A stretch of 64,000 nt of DNA. It comes from a virus. Its lineage: Duplodnaviria > Caudoviricetes. Positions 19,063 to 28,708 of the stretch are shown here, one piece after another. The position numbers and the translations under genes were made by a program. Each line of letters opens with the position of its first letter. Position 1 is the stretch's first letter. The stretch spans positions 32,001 to 96,000 of IMG/VR virus record IMGVR_UViG_3300019373_000007. One strand, written 5' to 3'. The notes under the pieces were generated by a model that made no database searches, was not told the DNA's origin, and saw nothing but the letters and a program-made list of their open reading frames with translations.

Positions 19063-19560
19063 ATGAAAATTTATGTAAGAGCAATGTCCTTGCCGAAAGC
19101 AGAAGCAATCAAGCGTGCGGGATACTATGCTGACGATATAATGGAGCATGTGATCAAGATAGTTGTTTATCATGACATTCGACATAAACAGATAGATCAC
19201 TGGATCGGAGAAATTTCAGGATGGCTGAAGTTTGTTGATGGATTGACTGTGAAGCCGTCTAATAGGCATCTCAAGCCTGCGATGATTCGTGATACTACTT
19301 TCGGTCCTATGGGAGATCACTTACAAGACTATGTAGGTTCGTTAGAGATGTTCCAAACAGCTAATAAGCGCGGGAAGTTCAACTACGAAGATAAGGAATC
19401 TTACCCATACAGAGAACCTGACGCACAGACCGCAAGCGATCTCATGAACATATGTTCTCATCTGATTGGAGTAGCCATTCCGATGCTCTGCGAAAAGAAA
19501 GACTACACAAGAGAAGATTATGTGCAAGTACTACAAGATGTATTCAGAGCATACATCTAA
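19063..19560 (+). CDS. MKR-type leader protein, DUF29-like
   Basis: MKIYVRA then MSL...IMEHVIKIVVY....HWIGEI. Confidence 0.55.
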   Translation: MKIYVRAMSLPKAEAIKRAGYYADDIMEHVIKIVVYHDIRHKQIDHWIGEISGWLKFVDGLTVKPSNRHLKPAMIRDTTFGPMGDHLQDYVGSLEMFQTANKRGKFNYEDKESYPYREPDAQTASDLMNICSHLIGVAIPMLCEKKDYTREDYVQVLQDVFRAYI

Positions 19561-19648
19561 TAACATTTGACACTACGATAGAATTAGAAACATGACTACA
19601 AGCCTGTTTCTATGCAGGCTTGTTTTATTTGTAAAGGAGGAAAATGCC

Positions 19649-20413
19649 ATGAAAAAGGCATTGATTTTAAATTCAGGCGGCATGGATTCTACAACTTTAG
19701 TAGGCATGGCTGTAGATAAGTACGGAGCAGAAAATATCATCACCGCCTCACTGTATTACGGACAGAAGCATGATAAGGAATTGAAGTGTGCACAGGCAGT
19801 AGCTGAGTACTACGGAGTTCGTCACATTGAAGAAGATATTTCATCTGTTATGAAGTATGCAGGAGAGGTTTGCTCACTTGTAAAGGGGTCGAAGGATGAG
19901 ATCATCGACAAGAGCTACGCAGACCAGATTGCAGAGAATGGAGAAGGCCGAGTAAGCACATATGTTCCATTCCGTAACGGGTTGTTCTTATCTATTGCAG
20001 CTGCTTATGCAGATAGCTTGTTCCCAGGACAGGAATGTGAAATCTGGTATGGAGCTCATGCAGATGATGCTGCAGGCCAGGCTTATGCAGATTGCTCTGA
20101 GGAATTCGCCTCAGCTATGGATCAGGCTATCAATATCGGGACATATGGAAACATTCATGTAGTGAGACCTCTCATCAGCATGAATAAGTCCGAAGTATGT
20201 GCCGAAGGCATCAAGTTAGGCGTTCCATATGAACTTACATGGAGCTGCTATCGCGGAGGAGACAAAGCGTGCGGAACGCGATGTGCAACTTGTTTAGACA
20301 GAATTGAAGCATTTCGAGCTAACGGTGTAATTGATCCTATTGAATACGATGCTGAAATAGATTGGTCCGGATGTAAGGAGATAAATTATAGGAAAGGAAT
20401 TTATCATGATTAA
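19649..20413 (+). CDS. queC: 7-cyano-7-deazaguanine synthase
   Basis: SGGMDS, YGQKH, YVPFRN, YADC, TWSCY..ACG..CATC..R. Confidence 0.95.
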   Translation: MKKALILNSGGMDSTTLVGMAVDKYGAENIITASLYYGQKHDKELKCAQAVAEYYGVRHIEEDISSVMKYAGEVCSLVKGSKDEIIDKSYADQIAENGEGRVSTYVPFRNGLFLSIAAAYADSLFPGQECEIWYGAHADDAAGQAYADCSEEFASAMDQAINIGTYGNIHVVRPLISMNKSEVCAEGIKLGVPYELTWSCYRGGDKACGTRCATCLDRIEAFRANGVIDPIEYDAEIDWSGCKEINYRKGIYHD

Positions 20414-21482
20414 TTCTGAGCTATCTGCCATCTCAGCTGAAGGAGAGCAATGGAGACAGATTGAAGATTTCTCTAGATACTGGATATCTGATTTAGGACG
20501 AGTTTATGACATTAAGTTGCATAAGATAGCTCGGACAGAAGTTGAATATGATGGATACATCTTAGTTAGTATGAGGAATGATAAGAACGAACCTAAAACT
20601 AAGAGAATTCATCGTCTTGTTGCCGAAGCATTTCTGCCTGATTGGAATCCTAACTGGCCCTGGACAGTTAATCACATAAATGGAAAGAAAGACGATAATA
20701 GTCTTGGCAATCTAGAGATGCTTACTACCAGCGACAACAGTAGGCACTACCAAACTGCAGAATGCTTTGCGGAATCTAGAAAATCTGTGCGTGCTGCTAC
20801 ATCTAAGAAGATGAAAGAAAAATGTAGCGACCCTAACTACGTTGCTGAGATGTCAAAGAGAATGAAAGCAGTATGGAGCGACCCAGCGAATCGAGAGATG
20901 TATGTACAGTGCCTCTATCAACGGCATTCTGACCTAAATGAGAGGAAACAGATTTCAGAGAGGATGAAAGAAGTGTGCTCAGATCCGAACTATCGAAAAG
21001 GAATGTCAGATCGTCAAAAGGAAAATTGGAATCGACCTGAGTATCGACAGGCAATAACATCTAAAAATCAAGACCGCATGTGGGTTCATGGCAGTCAGTC
21101 AGAGCGATGGATACATTCTCATGAGTTGGCTTCGTATTTGGAACAAGGCTACTTAGAAGGGAGATTGCCGAACACCATGAAACCGACTACAGCAGGCAAG
21201 ATAAGGATATCAAGGGGCAATGAGGGTAAGTTCGTCAATCCTTCTGAATTGGACAACTATCTCAGTTCTGGATGGAGATTGGGAAAATCAAAGAGACAGA
21301 TGGTACAATGTGTAGAGACGGGAGAGGTGTTCTCTAGCGTTGAAGAGTGTGTTTCTGCATTTGGTGCTACAGTAGATCTCATTCGAGCTCGATGCAAAGG
21401 GACAGCTACTACTTTCAGAAAGCTCAAGGAATTTACTTTCCGTTTCTATGAAGGCGAAGATCCATTCGCTGATATGCGATAA
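20406..21482 (+). CDS. free-standing HNH homing endonuclease (NUMOD4-HNH with DNA-binding repeats)
   Basis: EQWRQI..YWISDLGRV, IHRLVAEAF, VNHINGKKDDN..NLE; C-terminal VQCVETGEVF. Confidence 0.85.
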   Translation: MINSELSAISAEGEQWRQIEDFSRYWISDLGRVYDIKLHKIARTEVEYDGYILVSMRNDKNEPKTKRIHRLVAEAFLPDWNPNWPWTVNHINGKKDDNSLGNLEMLTTSDNSRHYQTAECFAESRKSVRAATSKKMKEKCSDPNYVAEMSKRMKAVWSDPANREMYVQCLYQRHSDLNERKQISERMKEVCSDPNYRKGMSDRQKENWNRPEYRQAITSKNQDRMWVHGSQSERWIHSHELASYLEQGYLEGRLPNTMKPTTAGKIRISRGNEGKFVNPSELDNYLSSGWRLGKSKRQMVQCVETGEVFSSVEECVSAFGATVDLIRARCKGTATTFRKLKEFTFRFYEGEDPFADMR

Positions 21483-21545
21483 TAATTAACTAATAACCGG
21501 GCGAGCAGGTTCATGCTCGCCTGTACACTATAAGGAGGTAGAAAT

Positions 21546-21983
21546 ATGTATACAGTGCAAACACGCGTCACATTTGAAGCAGCGCACCGCCTGTATGACG
21601 TAGATACGTATTCAAAAGAGTGCTCTGACTCTGTTCACGGGCATTCTTACGCAGTTACCATCGTTGTGGGTCGTGAGGATCTCAACGATGCAGGAATGGT
21701 GATTGACTTCAAGTTACTGAAGAAGGTAATCAAAGAAGTGATTGAAGACCAGTACGATCATTCACTCATCTTGCGAACATGCGATCCGCTACTAGCTGCA
21801 TTTGCTAAGTTAGCTCCAGAGCAGAAGATGAATGTTACTACTGAAAGCCCAACAGCAGAGTGGATGGCTGAGTCATTTGCAAGCTTATTGAGCTGTCGAT
21901 TCGCTTTGGAGGATGACGAGTTGCGTGTGCAGTCAGTTTCCGTTCAGGAAACGGAGAACAACATCGCCACATGGCGAGCATAA
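21546..21983 (+). CDS. queD: 6-carboxytetrahydropterin synthase
   Basis: FEAAHRL..C..HGHSY..GMVIDF..DH..PTAE..VQET. Confidence 0.95.
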   Translation: MYTVQTRVTFEAAHRLYDVDTYSKECSDSVHGHSYAVTIVVGREDLNDAGMVIDFKLLKKVIKEVIEDQYDHSLILRTCDPLLAAFAKLAPEQKMNVTTESPTAEWMAESFASLLSCRFALEDDELRVQSVSVQETENNIATWRA

Positions 21984-22001
21984 TTGAAAGGTGTATGTAG
22001 T

Positions 22002-22475
22002 ATGGTAAGCAAGAATGAAATCATGAAATTAGGTGTAGATCGCGCATTCGAGACGATGTCTCAGGGAATCGGAGGGCCATTCGGTGCAGTCATTGTGAAG
22101 GACGGAGAGGTCATCTCTGTAGCTTCTAATTCTGTGCTAGGTGATCATGACCCGACAGCTCACGCAGAGGTCAACGCTATTAGAGAAGCATGCAAGAAAT
22201 TAGGTACACATGACCTGACAGGATGTGAGATCTTTGCCTCAGGAGCCCCGTGTCCGATGTGTCAATCAGCCATCATCTGGGCAAACATCAAAAAGGTGTA
22301 TACTTCCGGAACAGTAACAGACGCTGCTGCTATCGGGTTCCGAGATGATTACATCTACAAGTTCATTGAAGGAGGATGCTTAGATTCTTCTGTATTAGAG
22401 ACGGAGCAGCTGGATCGGACACCTGCAGTGGAGTTATACACTGCTTATCATGAAATGAATAAAGAAATGTATTAA
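22002..22475 (+). CDS. nucleoside/guanine deaminase (CDA fold, GuaD-like)
   Basis: GGPFGAVIV, DPTAHAEVNAIR, PCPMC, IGFRDD. Confidence 0.9.
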   Translation: MVSKNEIMKLGVDRAFETMSQGIGGPFGAVIVKDGEVISVASNSVLGDHDPTAHAEVNAIREACKKLGTHDLTGCEIFASGAPCPMCQSAIIWANIKKVYTSGTVTDAAAIGFRDDYIYKFIEGGCLDSSVLETEQLDRTPAVELYTAYHEMNKEMY

Positions 22476-22495
22476 GGAAGGAGAAGCAACATCGT

Positions 22496-22879
22496 ATGAA
22501 AGAATATGTTACGTGGGATGAAGTCAGAGATTTCATCTACGGAAAAGTAGCTCCGATGCATCTAGACGAGGCATTTACTGGAGTTTACGGCTTGCCTAGA
22601 GGAGGTTTGTGCTTAGCAGTAATGATATCTCATGCGCTTAACATTCCGATGCTAGCTGCACCAGCTCCGGGATGCTTGATTGTAGACGACATATGTGATT
22701 CCGGAGAATCTCTTGTGCACTATTACAAGAATTCTTCAGGTGAGCGTCAGAATTACCGTATCGCTACTCTTTACTACAAGGAGAACGCGCTTGGAGTAGT
22801 CCCTGACCTGTATGATTTCGTCAAACGTGATAACTGGGTTGTTTTTCCGTGGGAATGCGATCCAATTTCACTAATTTAA
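22496..22879 (+). CDS. type I purine phosphoribosyltransferase (Gpt-like)
   Basis: GLPRGGL, LIVDDICDSGES PRPP loop, WVVFPWE. Confidence 0.9.
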   Translation: MKEYVTWDEVRDFIYGKVAPMHLDEAFTGVYGLPRGGLCLAVMISHALNIPMLAAPAPGCLIVDDICDSGESLVHYYKNSSGERQNYRIATLYYKENALGVVPDLYDFVKRDNWVVFPWECDPISLI

Positions 22880-22889
22880 GGAGGATTCT

Positions 22890-23558
22890 ATGAAAATCAA
22901 CGAGATTTTTTGCTCGCTCAACGGAGAAAGCGCCAGAACAGGGAAGAGAACCGTCTTCGTTCGTACATTCGGATGTAATCTGCGCTGTAGCTACTGTGAT
23001 ACAATGTATGCAGTTGAGGGCAACGACTATACTGACATGACTATCGAGGAGATCAAGGAGAAAGTCGACAGTTTTCACTGTAATCGTGTTACCCTCACAG
23101 GAGGAGAGCCTATGATCCAGAAGGATATGATGGATCTCATCTACCTACTCGACGGGGATTGCTGCAGGCTCTACGACATAGAGATAGAAACTAACGGCGC
23201 AGTTGATTTGACTGAGCTTGTTAAAGCTAGAAGGGATAGGGAGATCAGCGATTCACTCCTCATCACTATGGACTGGAAATGCCCTACAAGCGGAATGTTA
23301 GATGAGATGGTTGAGAATAACTTGTCTCTGCTATCTGACACAGACGTAGTGAAATATGTTGTTGGATCCATAGCTGACTTAGACGAAGCAATGCGAGTGC
23401 ATTCACTTACTCGAGCTCAACTCTACTTGAGCCCTGTATTCGGCAAGATTGAGCCAAAAGAAATCGCAGAGTACTTAGTAAAGGGTGAAATCAACGACGT
23501 TACACTACAAATCCAGCAGCATAAGGTGATTTATCCGCCAGACATGAGAGGGGTATAA
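22890..23558 (+). CDS. queE: 7-carboxy-7-deazaguanine synthase (radical SAM)
   Basis: [29 protein letters not shown]. Confidence 0.95.
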   Translation: MKINEIFCSLNGESARTGKRTVFVRTFGCNLRCSYCDTMYAVEGNDYTDMTIEEIKEKVDSFHCNRVTLTGGEPMIQKDMMDLIYLLDGDCCRLYDIEIETNGAVDLTELVKARRDREISDSLLITMDWKCPTSGMLDEMVENNLSLLSDTDVVKYVVGSIADLDEAMRVHSLTRAQLYLSPVFGKIEPKEIAEYLVKGEINDVTLQIQQHKVIYPPDMRGV

Positions 23559-23563
23559 GAACT

Positions 23564-24148
23564 ATGGGATACAAGAAAATAGATACAGATAAGATTGAAC
23601 AGTTGACACGCGAATTCCTGATTGCGTTAGGGGATGACCCGGATAGAGAAGGATTGAAGAAAACTCCTCACCGCGTTGCGAAGATGTGCAATGAGATCTT
23701 TGAGGGAATGACTTATACAAACGCAGAAATTGGCACTATGTTCAATACTTGCTTCGAAGATGTAGAGACTGGCGACCTAGTAGTAGAGAGCAACATTCCG
23801 ATACATTCATTTTGTGAACATCATCTCATGCTCATGTACGATATGTCTGTAGCTATCGGATACCTGCCTAAGGGACGTGTAATCGGTCTCAGCAAGCTAG
23901 CTAGGATTGCTGATATGGTAGGCAAGCGCCTTCAACTACAGGAACGCATTGGATCCGACATTGCTGATATCTTACAAGACGTCCTAGGCACTGATGACAT
24001 CATTGTAGTTATCGAAGGCAAACATGGATGCATGACAGCACGTGGAATCAAAGCTAGAGAAGCAGTTACTAGAACAGCTACTTTGCGTGGCAAGTTCAAG
24101 TATGATTCTGACCTTCGTTCTGAATTCTACTCACTGATTGAGAATTAG
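23564..24148 (+). CDS. folE: GTP cyclohydrolase I
   Basis: [36 protein letters not shown]. Confidence 0.95.
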   Translation: MGYKKIDTDKIEQLTREFLIALGDDPDREGLKKTPHRVAKMCNEIFEGMTYTNAEIGTMFNTCFEDVETGDLVVESNIPIHSFCEHHLMLMYDMSVAIGYLPKGRVIGLSKLARIADMVGKRLQLQERIGSDIADILQDVLGTDDIIVVIEGKHGCMTARGIKAREAVTRTATLRGKFKYDSDLRSEFYSLIEN

Positions 24149-24202
24149 CATCGCACCTTACATAACGTCAAGTGAAAACAAGCAACCCTGAGGAGGTTTA
24201 TT

Positions 24203-24496
24203 ATGAAGCGATACGTAAGAAGCTCATTCTTAGATGATGACGATGAATTTGATGATATCGACACATGGGACTACAGCAGAGAAGAAGTCGTTCCTGCAAT
24301 AATGAAAGCACTTGTAGTGAAGAAACCAATCGCAGATATCATCTACGAGTGGTATGATGCAGAAGATGCATGGGAAGACCATGAATCACTTGAGGATTTC
24401 ATTTCTTATCTTAAAGATGACATCTACGACATGGCTGATGCATGCGATGATGAAGCACTTCGTGATAAGGTACTTGTAGCCCTTGCAGGAAAGTAA
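24203..24496 (+). CDS. small acidic MKR-leader protein
   Basis: MKRYVRSS start; very acidic; ACCTTACATA upstream. Confidence 0.7.
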   Translation: MKRYVRSSFLDDDDEFDDIDTWDYSREEVVPAIMKALVVKKPIADIIYEWYDAEDAWEDHESLEDFISYLKDDIYDMADACDDEALRDKVLVALAGK

Positions 24497-24542
24497 ATCG
24501 TCATCGGAGCAACTAGCTTGACTACACACAAGTCTAATCCAT

Positions 24543-24570
24543 CAAGGCCGCTGAATTTAGCGGCCTTTCT
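24543..24570 (+). terminator. intrinsic terminator
   Basis: AAGGCCGCT-loop-AGCGGCCTT followed by TCT. Confidence 0.6.
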
Positions 24571-24667
24571 CTATGATCTACAACACCTTATATTTATTCA
24601 GAGATACCTAGCGAGCTAGTTTGCTAGGATGTAATAAATCAGACAGTAAAGAAAAGGAGAATAGATA

Positions 24668-25129
24668 ATGGGAAAACTTATTTATGACGGAGTCGTTTAC
24701 GCAGGCGGCGTTGTAGTAGATTCAGCACTCAGCACAACAAGTACCAACCCGGTGCAGAATAAAGTAGTAGCAGAAGCAGTTAATACGATAAATACACATT
24801 TATCTAATAAAGCGGATAAGGTTTGGACGATTGCAGGCGGTACCGGAACCGTTGGCGGAGCCGTAACTGTGCCGACAACTGGAGTTAGCGAACTTCTGAT
24901 TGCTGGTGCACTTAACATTAACGGACAGGCGGAAATAAGCGGTTCGGTAATCATTCCTATGCATTTTCTAGCACAAGATAGAAATTTCCGCATACAGCTT
25001 GGTTACCATTCGGAAATTGGACAAATGCAGGTTTCTTATATTAAGAACAATGGCGCATTCTATATCACTGATGAGTATTATTCCATCGGCACTATTGCCG
25101 CACGTGCTATGGTTGTGTACTATCGTTAA
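24668..25129 (+). CDS. short tail-fibre / receptor-binding-like protein
   Basis: VDSALSTTSTNPVQNKVV motif common in phage fibre proteins; beta-rich C-terminus. Confidence 0.55.
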   Translation: MGKLIYDGVVYAGGVVVDSALSTTSTNPVQNKVVAEAVNTINTHLSNKADKVWTIAGGTGTVGGAVTVPTTGVSELLIAGALNINGQAEISGSVIIPMHFLAQDRNFRIQLGYHSEIGQMQVSYIKNNGAFYITDEYYSIGTIAARAMVVYYR

Positions 25130-25399
25130 TCAGTTAATCGCCCATATAGATAGAGATTTCCACGCCAGTTTGTACCGTATCATCTAATTGTGTATTTTAC
25201 CGACAGGCAGAAAGTAAATTAAAGGTAATCTTTATACAATTAAGTAATCTTGCCTACAGGGCATCATTATTACATCTTTATCTTATATAGCTTTTCAATT
25301 AGATTAGGGGTGAGTGGCATCATTGAACCGCCCGCCCCTCTCTTTTAAATTATAGAGCTCCGAGCTGTCGTAGCTCTTGCATCGAATAGGAGAAACAGA

Positions 25400-26101
25400 A
25401 TGGAAGGATGGCAAGCTGCCCTTACAATACTAGGATCACTTCTCGGGTCAGGAGCGGCATTTGGATTCGCTCAATTTTGGATCACTCGAAAAGATGAGAA
25501 AGAAAAAGAAGCAAAGATAAATCGCGAAGAGGAGATCAAACAAGAGATGCGCGACCATCTCACAGAAGTCAATGCTCAATGGAAAGAGGACTACTGTGAT
25601 AAGAATAGAGAATCTATTGCAGCTCTTCACGACGCGGTAGTGAAGGGTCTGCAAGATCGTGAAGATGTAGGTCGGCAGCGATATGAGGAGCATCATCTCG
25701 CTATTGAGAAAATGGCTTTAGATCATCAGAAGGAATTCCTAGAGCTCAAGAAGGCAATTGATAAGCTTACTTCCAACGAATCTGCAATAACCGAAAGCAT
25801 CGCAGCGTTGACAGAGACACAGACAGCAATAGGTGCAAGTTTGGTCGGACAAGCACATGATCGTATCATGTATCTTTCAGATAGAATTTCAGAGCGTGGC
25901 GGCATAACTAACAAGGAAAAAGCAACCATCAAATCAATGTATGTTCCGTATCGTAAGTTAGGCGGCAACGGAGAAGTGCAGGAAGCAGTTGAGTACATCC
26001 TGACCTTAGAAACAATATCTGAGGATGAAGCACGTAATCGCGATCGAGAAATCAAGAGCAAAGAGCTTGTTGAAATACAGAAGCTCACCCAACCTAAATA
26101 G
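25400..26101 (+). CDS. membrane-anchored coiled-coil protein (lysis-cassette-associated type)
   Basis: N-terminal TM helix; HDRI..L..RG.IT..E...MY.PY..LGGNG motif. Confidence 0.6.
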   Translation: MEGWQAALTILGSLLGSGAAFGFAQFWITRKDEKEKEAKINREEEIKQEMRDHLTEVNAQWKEDYCDKNRESIAALHDAVVKGLQDREDVGRQRYEEHHLAIEKMALDHQKEFLELKKAIDKLTSNESAITESIAALTETQTAIGASLVGQAHDRIMYLSDRISERGGITNKEKATIKSMYVPYRKLGGNGEVQEAVEYILTLETISEDEARNRDREIKSKELVEIQKLTQPK

Positions 26102-26186
26102 AACAACTAGAAGAGATCGCAAACAGCGGTCTCATTACTATGTTCAAATCGTTATGTGATCATTCAGTTGTTGGGGAAGTAAACAA

Positions 26187-26240
26187 CCGCAGTTCGGTAA
26201 CCAACCCATTCCTGCGGATTATAAATCAAATACCAAAAGG
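26187..26240 (+). promoter_or_regulatory. preQ1-I-like riboswitch aptamer, copy 3
   Basis: CCGCAG-TTCG...TTC-CTGCGG, then A-rich tail running into AAGGAGG RBS of yhhQ. Confidence 0.65.
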
Positions 26241-26253
26241 AGGAAATCTAGAG

Positions 26254-26976
26254 ATGATTTCAAAGACCAAGAGTCTTGTAGCGGACTATAAACTGCTGCT
26301 TGATAGCGTTCCAGCGCTGGTTACTACTATTTTTTGTATTGGCTCATGCTGGATGAATATTGCAGCCGGCAAAGTTATATTCAATGCATTCAACGTTGCA
26401 ATTACTGGGGGATTTTTAGCCTCTTTCTTGCCGTTCTTGTGCTTAGACATGGTGTCAAAGCGATTCGGTGCACGAGCTGCTATTCTGCTAAACTTGTTAT
26501 CTGCTGCATGTAATACAGTATTCGTTTTAGGCCTTAGCCTTGTTGCAGCTATTCCTACCGAACAAGATTACACTTCGTTCAATACTGTTTTAGGCGGCGT
26601 TTGGTTCATTACATTGTCTAGCATTGTAGCATTTGTTCTTTCCGGTGTAGCTAATTCTCTTCTTAACTCAGCGATCGGAAAGCTCTTTAACAATAAAACA
26701 AGTGCCATTGAATTTGCTACTCGAAGTTTTGTTTCTACATTCGTAGGACAAGCATTGGATAATTTCATCTTCATTGCAGGTGTATATGTTATCTTCGCTC
26801 CTATCTTCTGGGGAATGGATCCATTGCCAATCAAGACTTGCTTAGGAACTGCTATTGTCGGCGGATTCTTCGAACTGCTTTGCGAAGTTGTCACCGCTCC
26901 GATTGGTTATCGAGTAGTTAAGAATTGGGAACGGGATGGAATAGGAAGAGATTACATAGAGAAGCATAAAGCATAG
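26254..26976 (+). CDS. yhhQ: queuosine-precursor transporter (YhhQ/VUT family)
   Basis: multi-TM; NIAAGK, FLCLD...FG, S..AF, RSFVSTFVGQALDNFIF. Confidence 0.85.
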   Translation: MISKTKSLVADYKLLLDSVPALVTTIFCIGSCWMNIAAGKVIFNAFNVAITGGFLASFLPFLCLDMVSKRFGARAAILLNLLSAACNTVFVLGLSLVAAIPTEQDYTSFNTVLGGVWFITLSSIVAFVLSGVANSLLNSAIGKLFNNKTSAIEFATRSFVSTFVGQALDNFIFIAGVYVIFAPIFWGMDPLPIKTCLGTAIVGGFFELLCEVVTAPIGYRVVKNWERDGIGRDYIEKHKA

Positions 26977-27144
26977 CGTTAAAACAGCGGCCATGTTTTT
27001 GTCTATGCTAAGGACGCTCCGGAGGATACTGTAGAGTATGTTTACACATGCTACAAGCATTCTGGTAGATATAGAGAACTCGAGGCTAAATGGCTAGATA
27101 AGTTTAATTCTGCTCACAAGGATGACAGATTCTAAAGAAAGGGC

Positions 27145-27299
27145 TTGACGAATTCGCATCCACATCTTATAATATAGATGCGAAGTCAACTTACAATTGA
27201 ATTAAGAATACTAGCACACTAGTGCTTGTAGATAGTAAAACTGCTGATCTTTCATAGGTTGACTTCGCAAAAGAAACCAGATCGGCAGTTTTATTTTAT
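27145..27299 (+). promoter_or_regulatory. sigmaA promoter plus structured leader with crossing alternative stems
   Basis: TTGACG-17-TATAAT; 27179-27193 pairs with 27255-27269; 27236-27250 pairs with 27279-27293, then U-rich tract. Confidence 0.7.
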
Positions 27300-28696
27300 A
27301 TGAAATTACATCAGAAAACCAAGAAACTTTAGTTTCTTGGATGAATGATGCAGATTTAAGAAAGGAGGTGAAATAGAAAGATGGCTACATACTGTGTACA
27401 AAGCAATGTGATTCGAGGTCTTACAAAAGAACAATACTCCCTGCTTCGAGAAATGTGTCAATATTCAAACAACTTGTATAATGTTGCTCTCTATAATATT
27501 CGACAACATTACTTTAACACAAAGCAGTTTTTGACCTATGAAAGTAATTATCACGAATGTAAGACTAATGAAAACTATGCTTTGTTGCAGGCAGGAGTAT
27601 CTCAACAGATAATGAAAGTTGTAGACAGAAGTTTCAAATCTTTCTTTAATCTGATTAAGAAGTGCAAACTCGGAGATTATAGATACCACGATGTCAACAT
27701 TCCGCATTATCGAAAGAAAGGTGGATTGTTTGGACTAATTCTTTCTACTAATTCAATTGCTATCCGCAACGGCAAGTTTATGATTCCAATGAGCCGTACT
27801 TTTCGTGCTTTACACCCTGATATCAAAGACTTTGAAGTTACGTTTCCAGGACGATTAAAGAACAAGACTATTAAAGAAGTTAGGATTCTTCCGTACAACG
27901 ACGGAAGGTACTTTAAGATTCAATATGTGTATGAAGTAGAACAGGAATCTACAAATCTTGATAGAAATAACATGCTATCAATAGACCTCGGCATAGATAA
28001 TTTAGCAACTTGTGTTTCAACTATCGGGACACCGTTCATAATAGACGGACGTAAACTTAAATCAATCAACCACCGATGGAATAAAGAAATCGCAAGACTT
28101 CGTTCAATATCTATGAAACAAGGTCTTAAGACTACTGCTTGTATTCAAAGAATTACAACAAAAAGAAATAATCAAGTCAACGACTCTATCAAGAAGTCAG
28201 CAAGATATGTCGTTAACTATTGCATCAATAACAACATTGGAACTTTGATTGTTGGATACAATGCAGATTTCAAGAGGAACTCCAATCTTGGTAAAACAAA
28301 TAATCAGAATTTTGTTCAGATACCTTTAGGTGATTTGCGCCAACAGTTAGAGTTCTTGTGCTGGAAATATTCTGTTGAGTACATTGAACAAGAAGAAGCA
28401 TACACATCAAAAAGCAGTTTTCTTGACAACGATGAACTTCCCGAATACAAAGCGGAACAGCCTTACCAAGGGACATTCAGCGGAAAGCGCATAAAGAGAG
28501 GACTATATCAATCAAAAAATGGCACAATCCTCAATGCAGATGTAAATGGTGCTGCAAACATACTAAGAAAATGTAAGCAGAATGTCGATTTCGACAAACT
28601 GTGTAAGGGACTTTTGGCGAGTCCAGTAAGAATAAGGATATCTTAGATATCAAACTTCTTACGAATCCCATTGGCTTTAGCCGATGGGTACGTCAA
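27300..28696 (+). mobile_element. IS200/IS605-family (IS1341-type, tnpB-only) element
   Basis: left hairpin CCAAGAAACTTTAGTTTCTTGG; right hairpin CCCATTGGCTTTAGCCGATGGG ending ..TCAA; left boundary approximate. Confidence 0.8.
27381..28646 (+). CDS. tnpB: RNA-guided endonuclease TnpB
   Basis: NLYNVALY, SIDLGIDNLA (RuvC-I), QEEAYTSK, NADVNGAANI (RuvC-III). Confidence 0.92.
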   Translation: MATYCVQSNVIRGLTKEQYSLLREMCQYSNNLYNVALYNIRQHYFNTKQFLTYESNYHECKTNENYALLQAGVSQQIMKVVDRSFKSFFNLIKKCKLGDYRYHDVNIPHYRKKGGLFGLILSTNSIAIRNGKFMIPMSRTFRALHPDIKDFEVTFPGRLKNKTIKEVRILPYNDGRYFKIQYVYEVEQESTNLDRNNMLSIDLGIDNLATCVSTIGTPFIIDGRKLKSINHRWNKEIARLRSISMKQGLKTTACIQRITTKRNNQVNDSIKKSARYVVNYCINNNIGTLIVGYNADFKRNSNLGKTNNQNFVQIPLGDLRQQLEFLCWKYSVEYIEQEEAYTSKSSFLDNDELPEYKAEQPYQGTFSGKRIKRGLYQSKNGTILNADVNGAANILRKCKQNVDFDKLCKGLLASPVRIRIS

Positions 28697-28708
28697 TGGG
28701 AGGTAGCA

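Noticed and set aside
24668-25320. Diversity-generating retroelement target
   Set aside because: No reverse transcriptase or template-repeat/variable-repeat pair seen in the window
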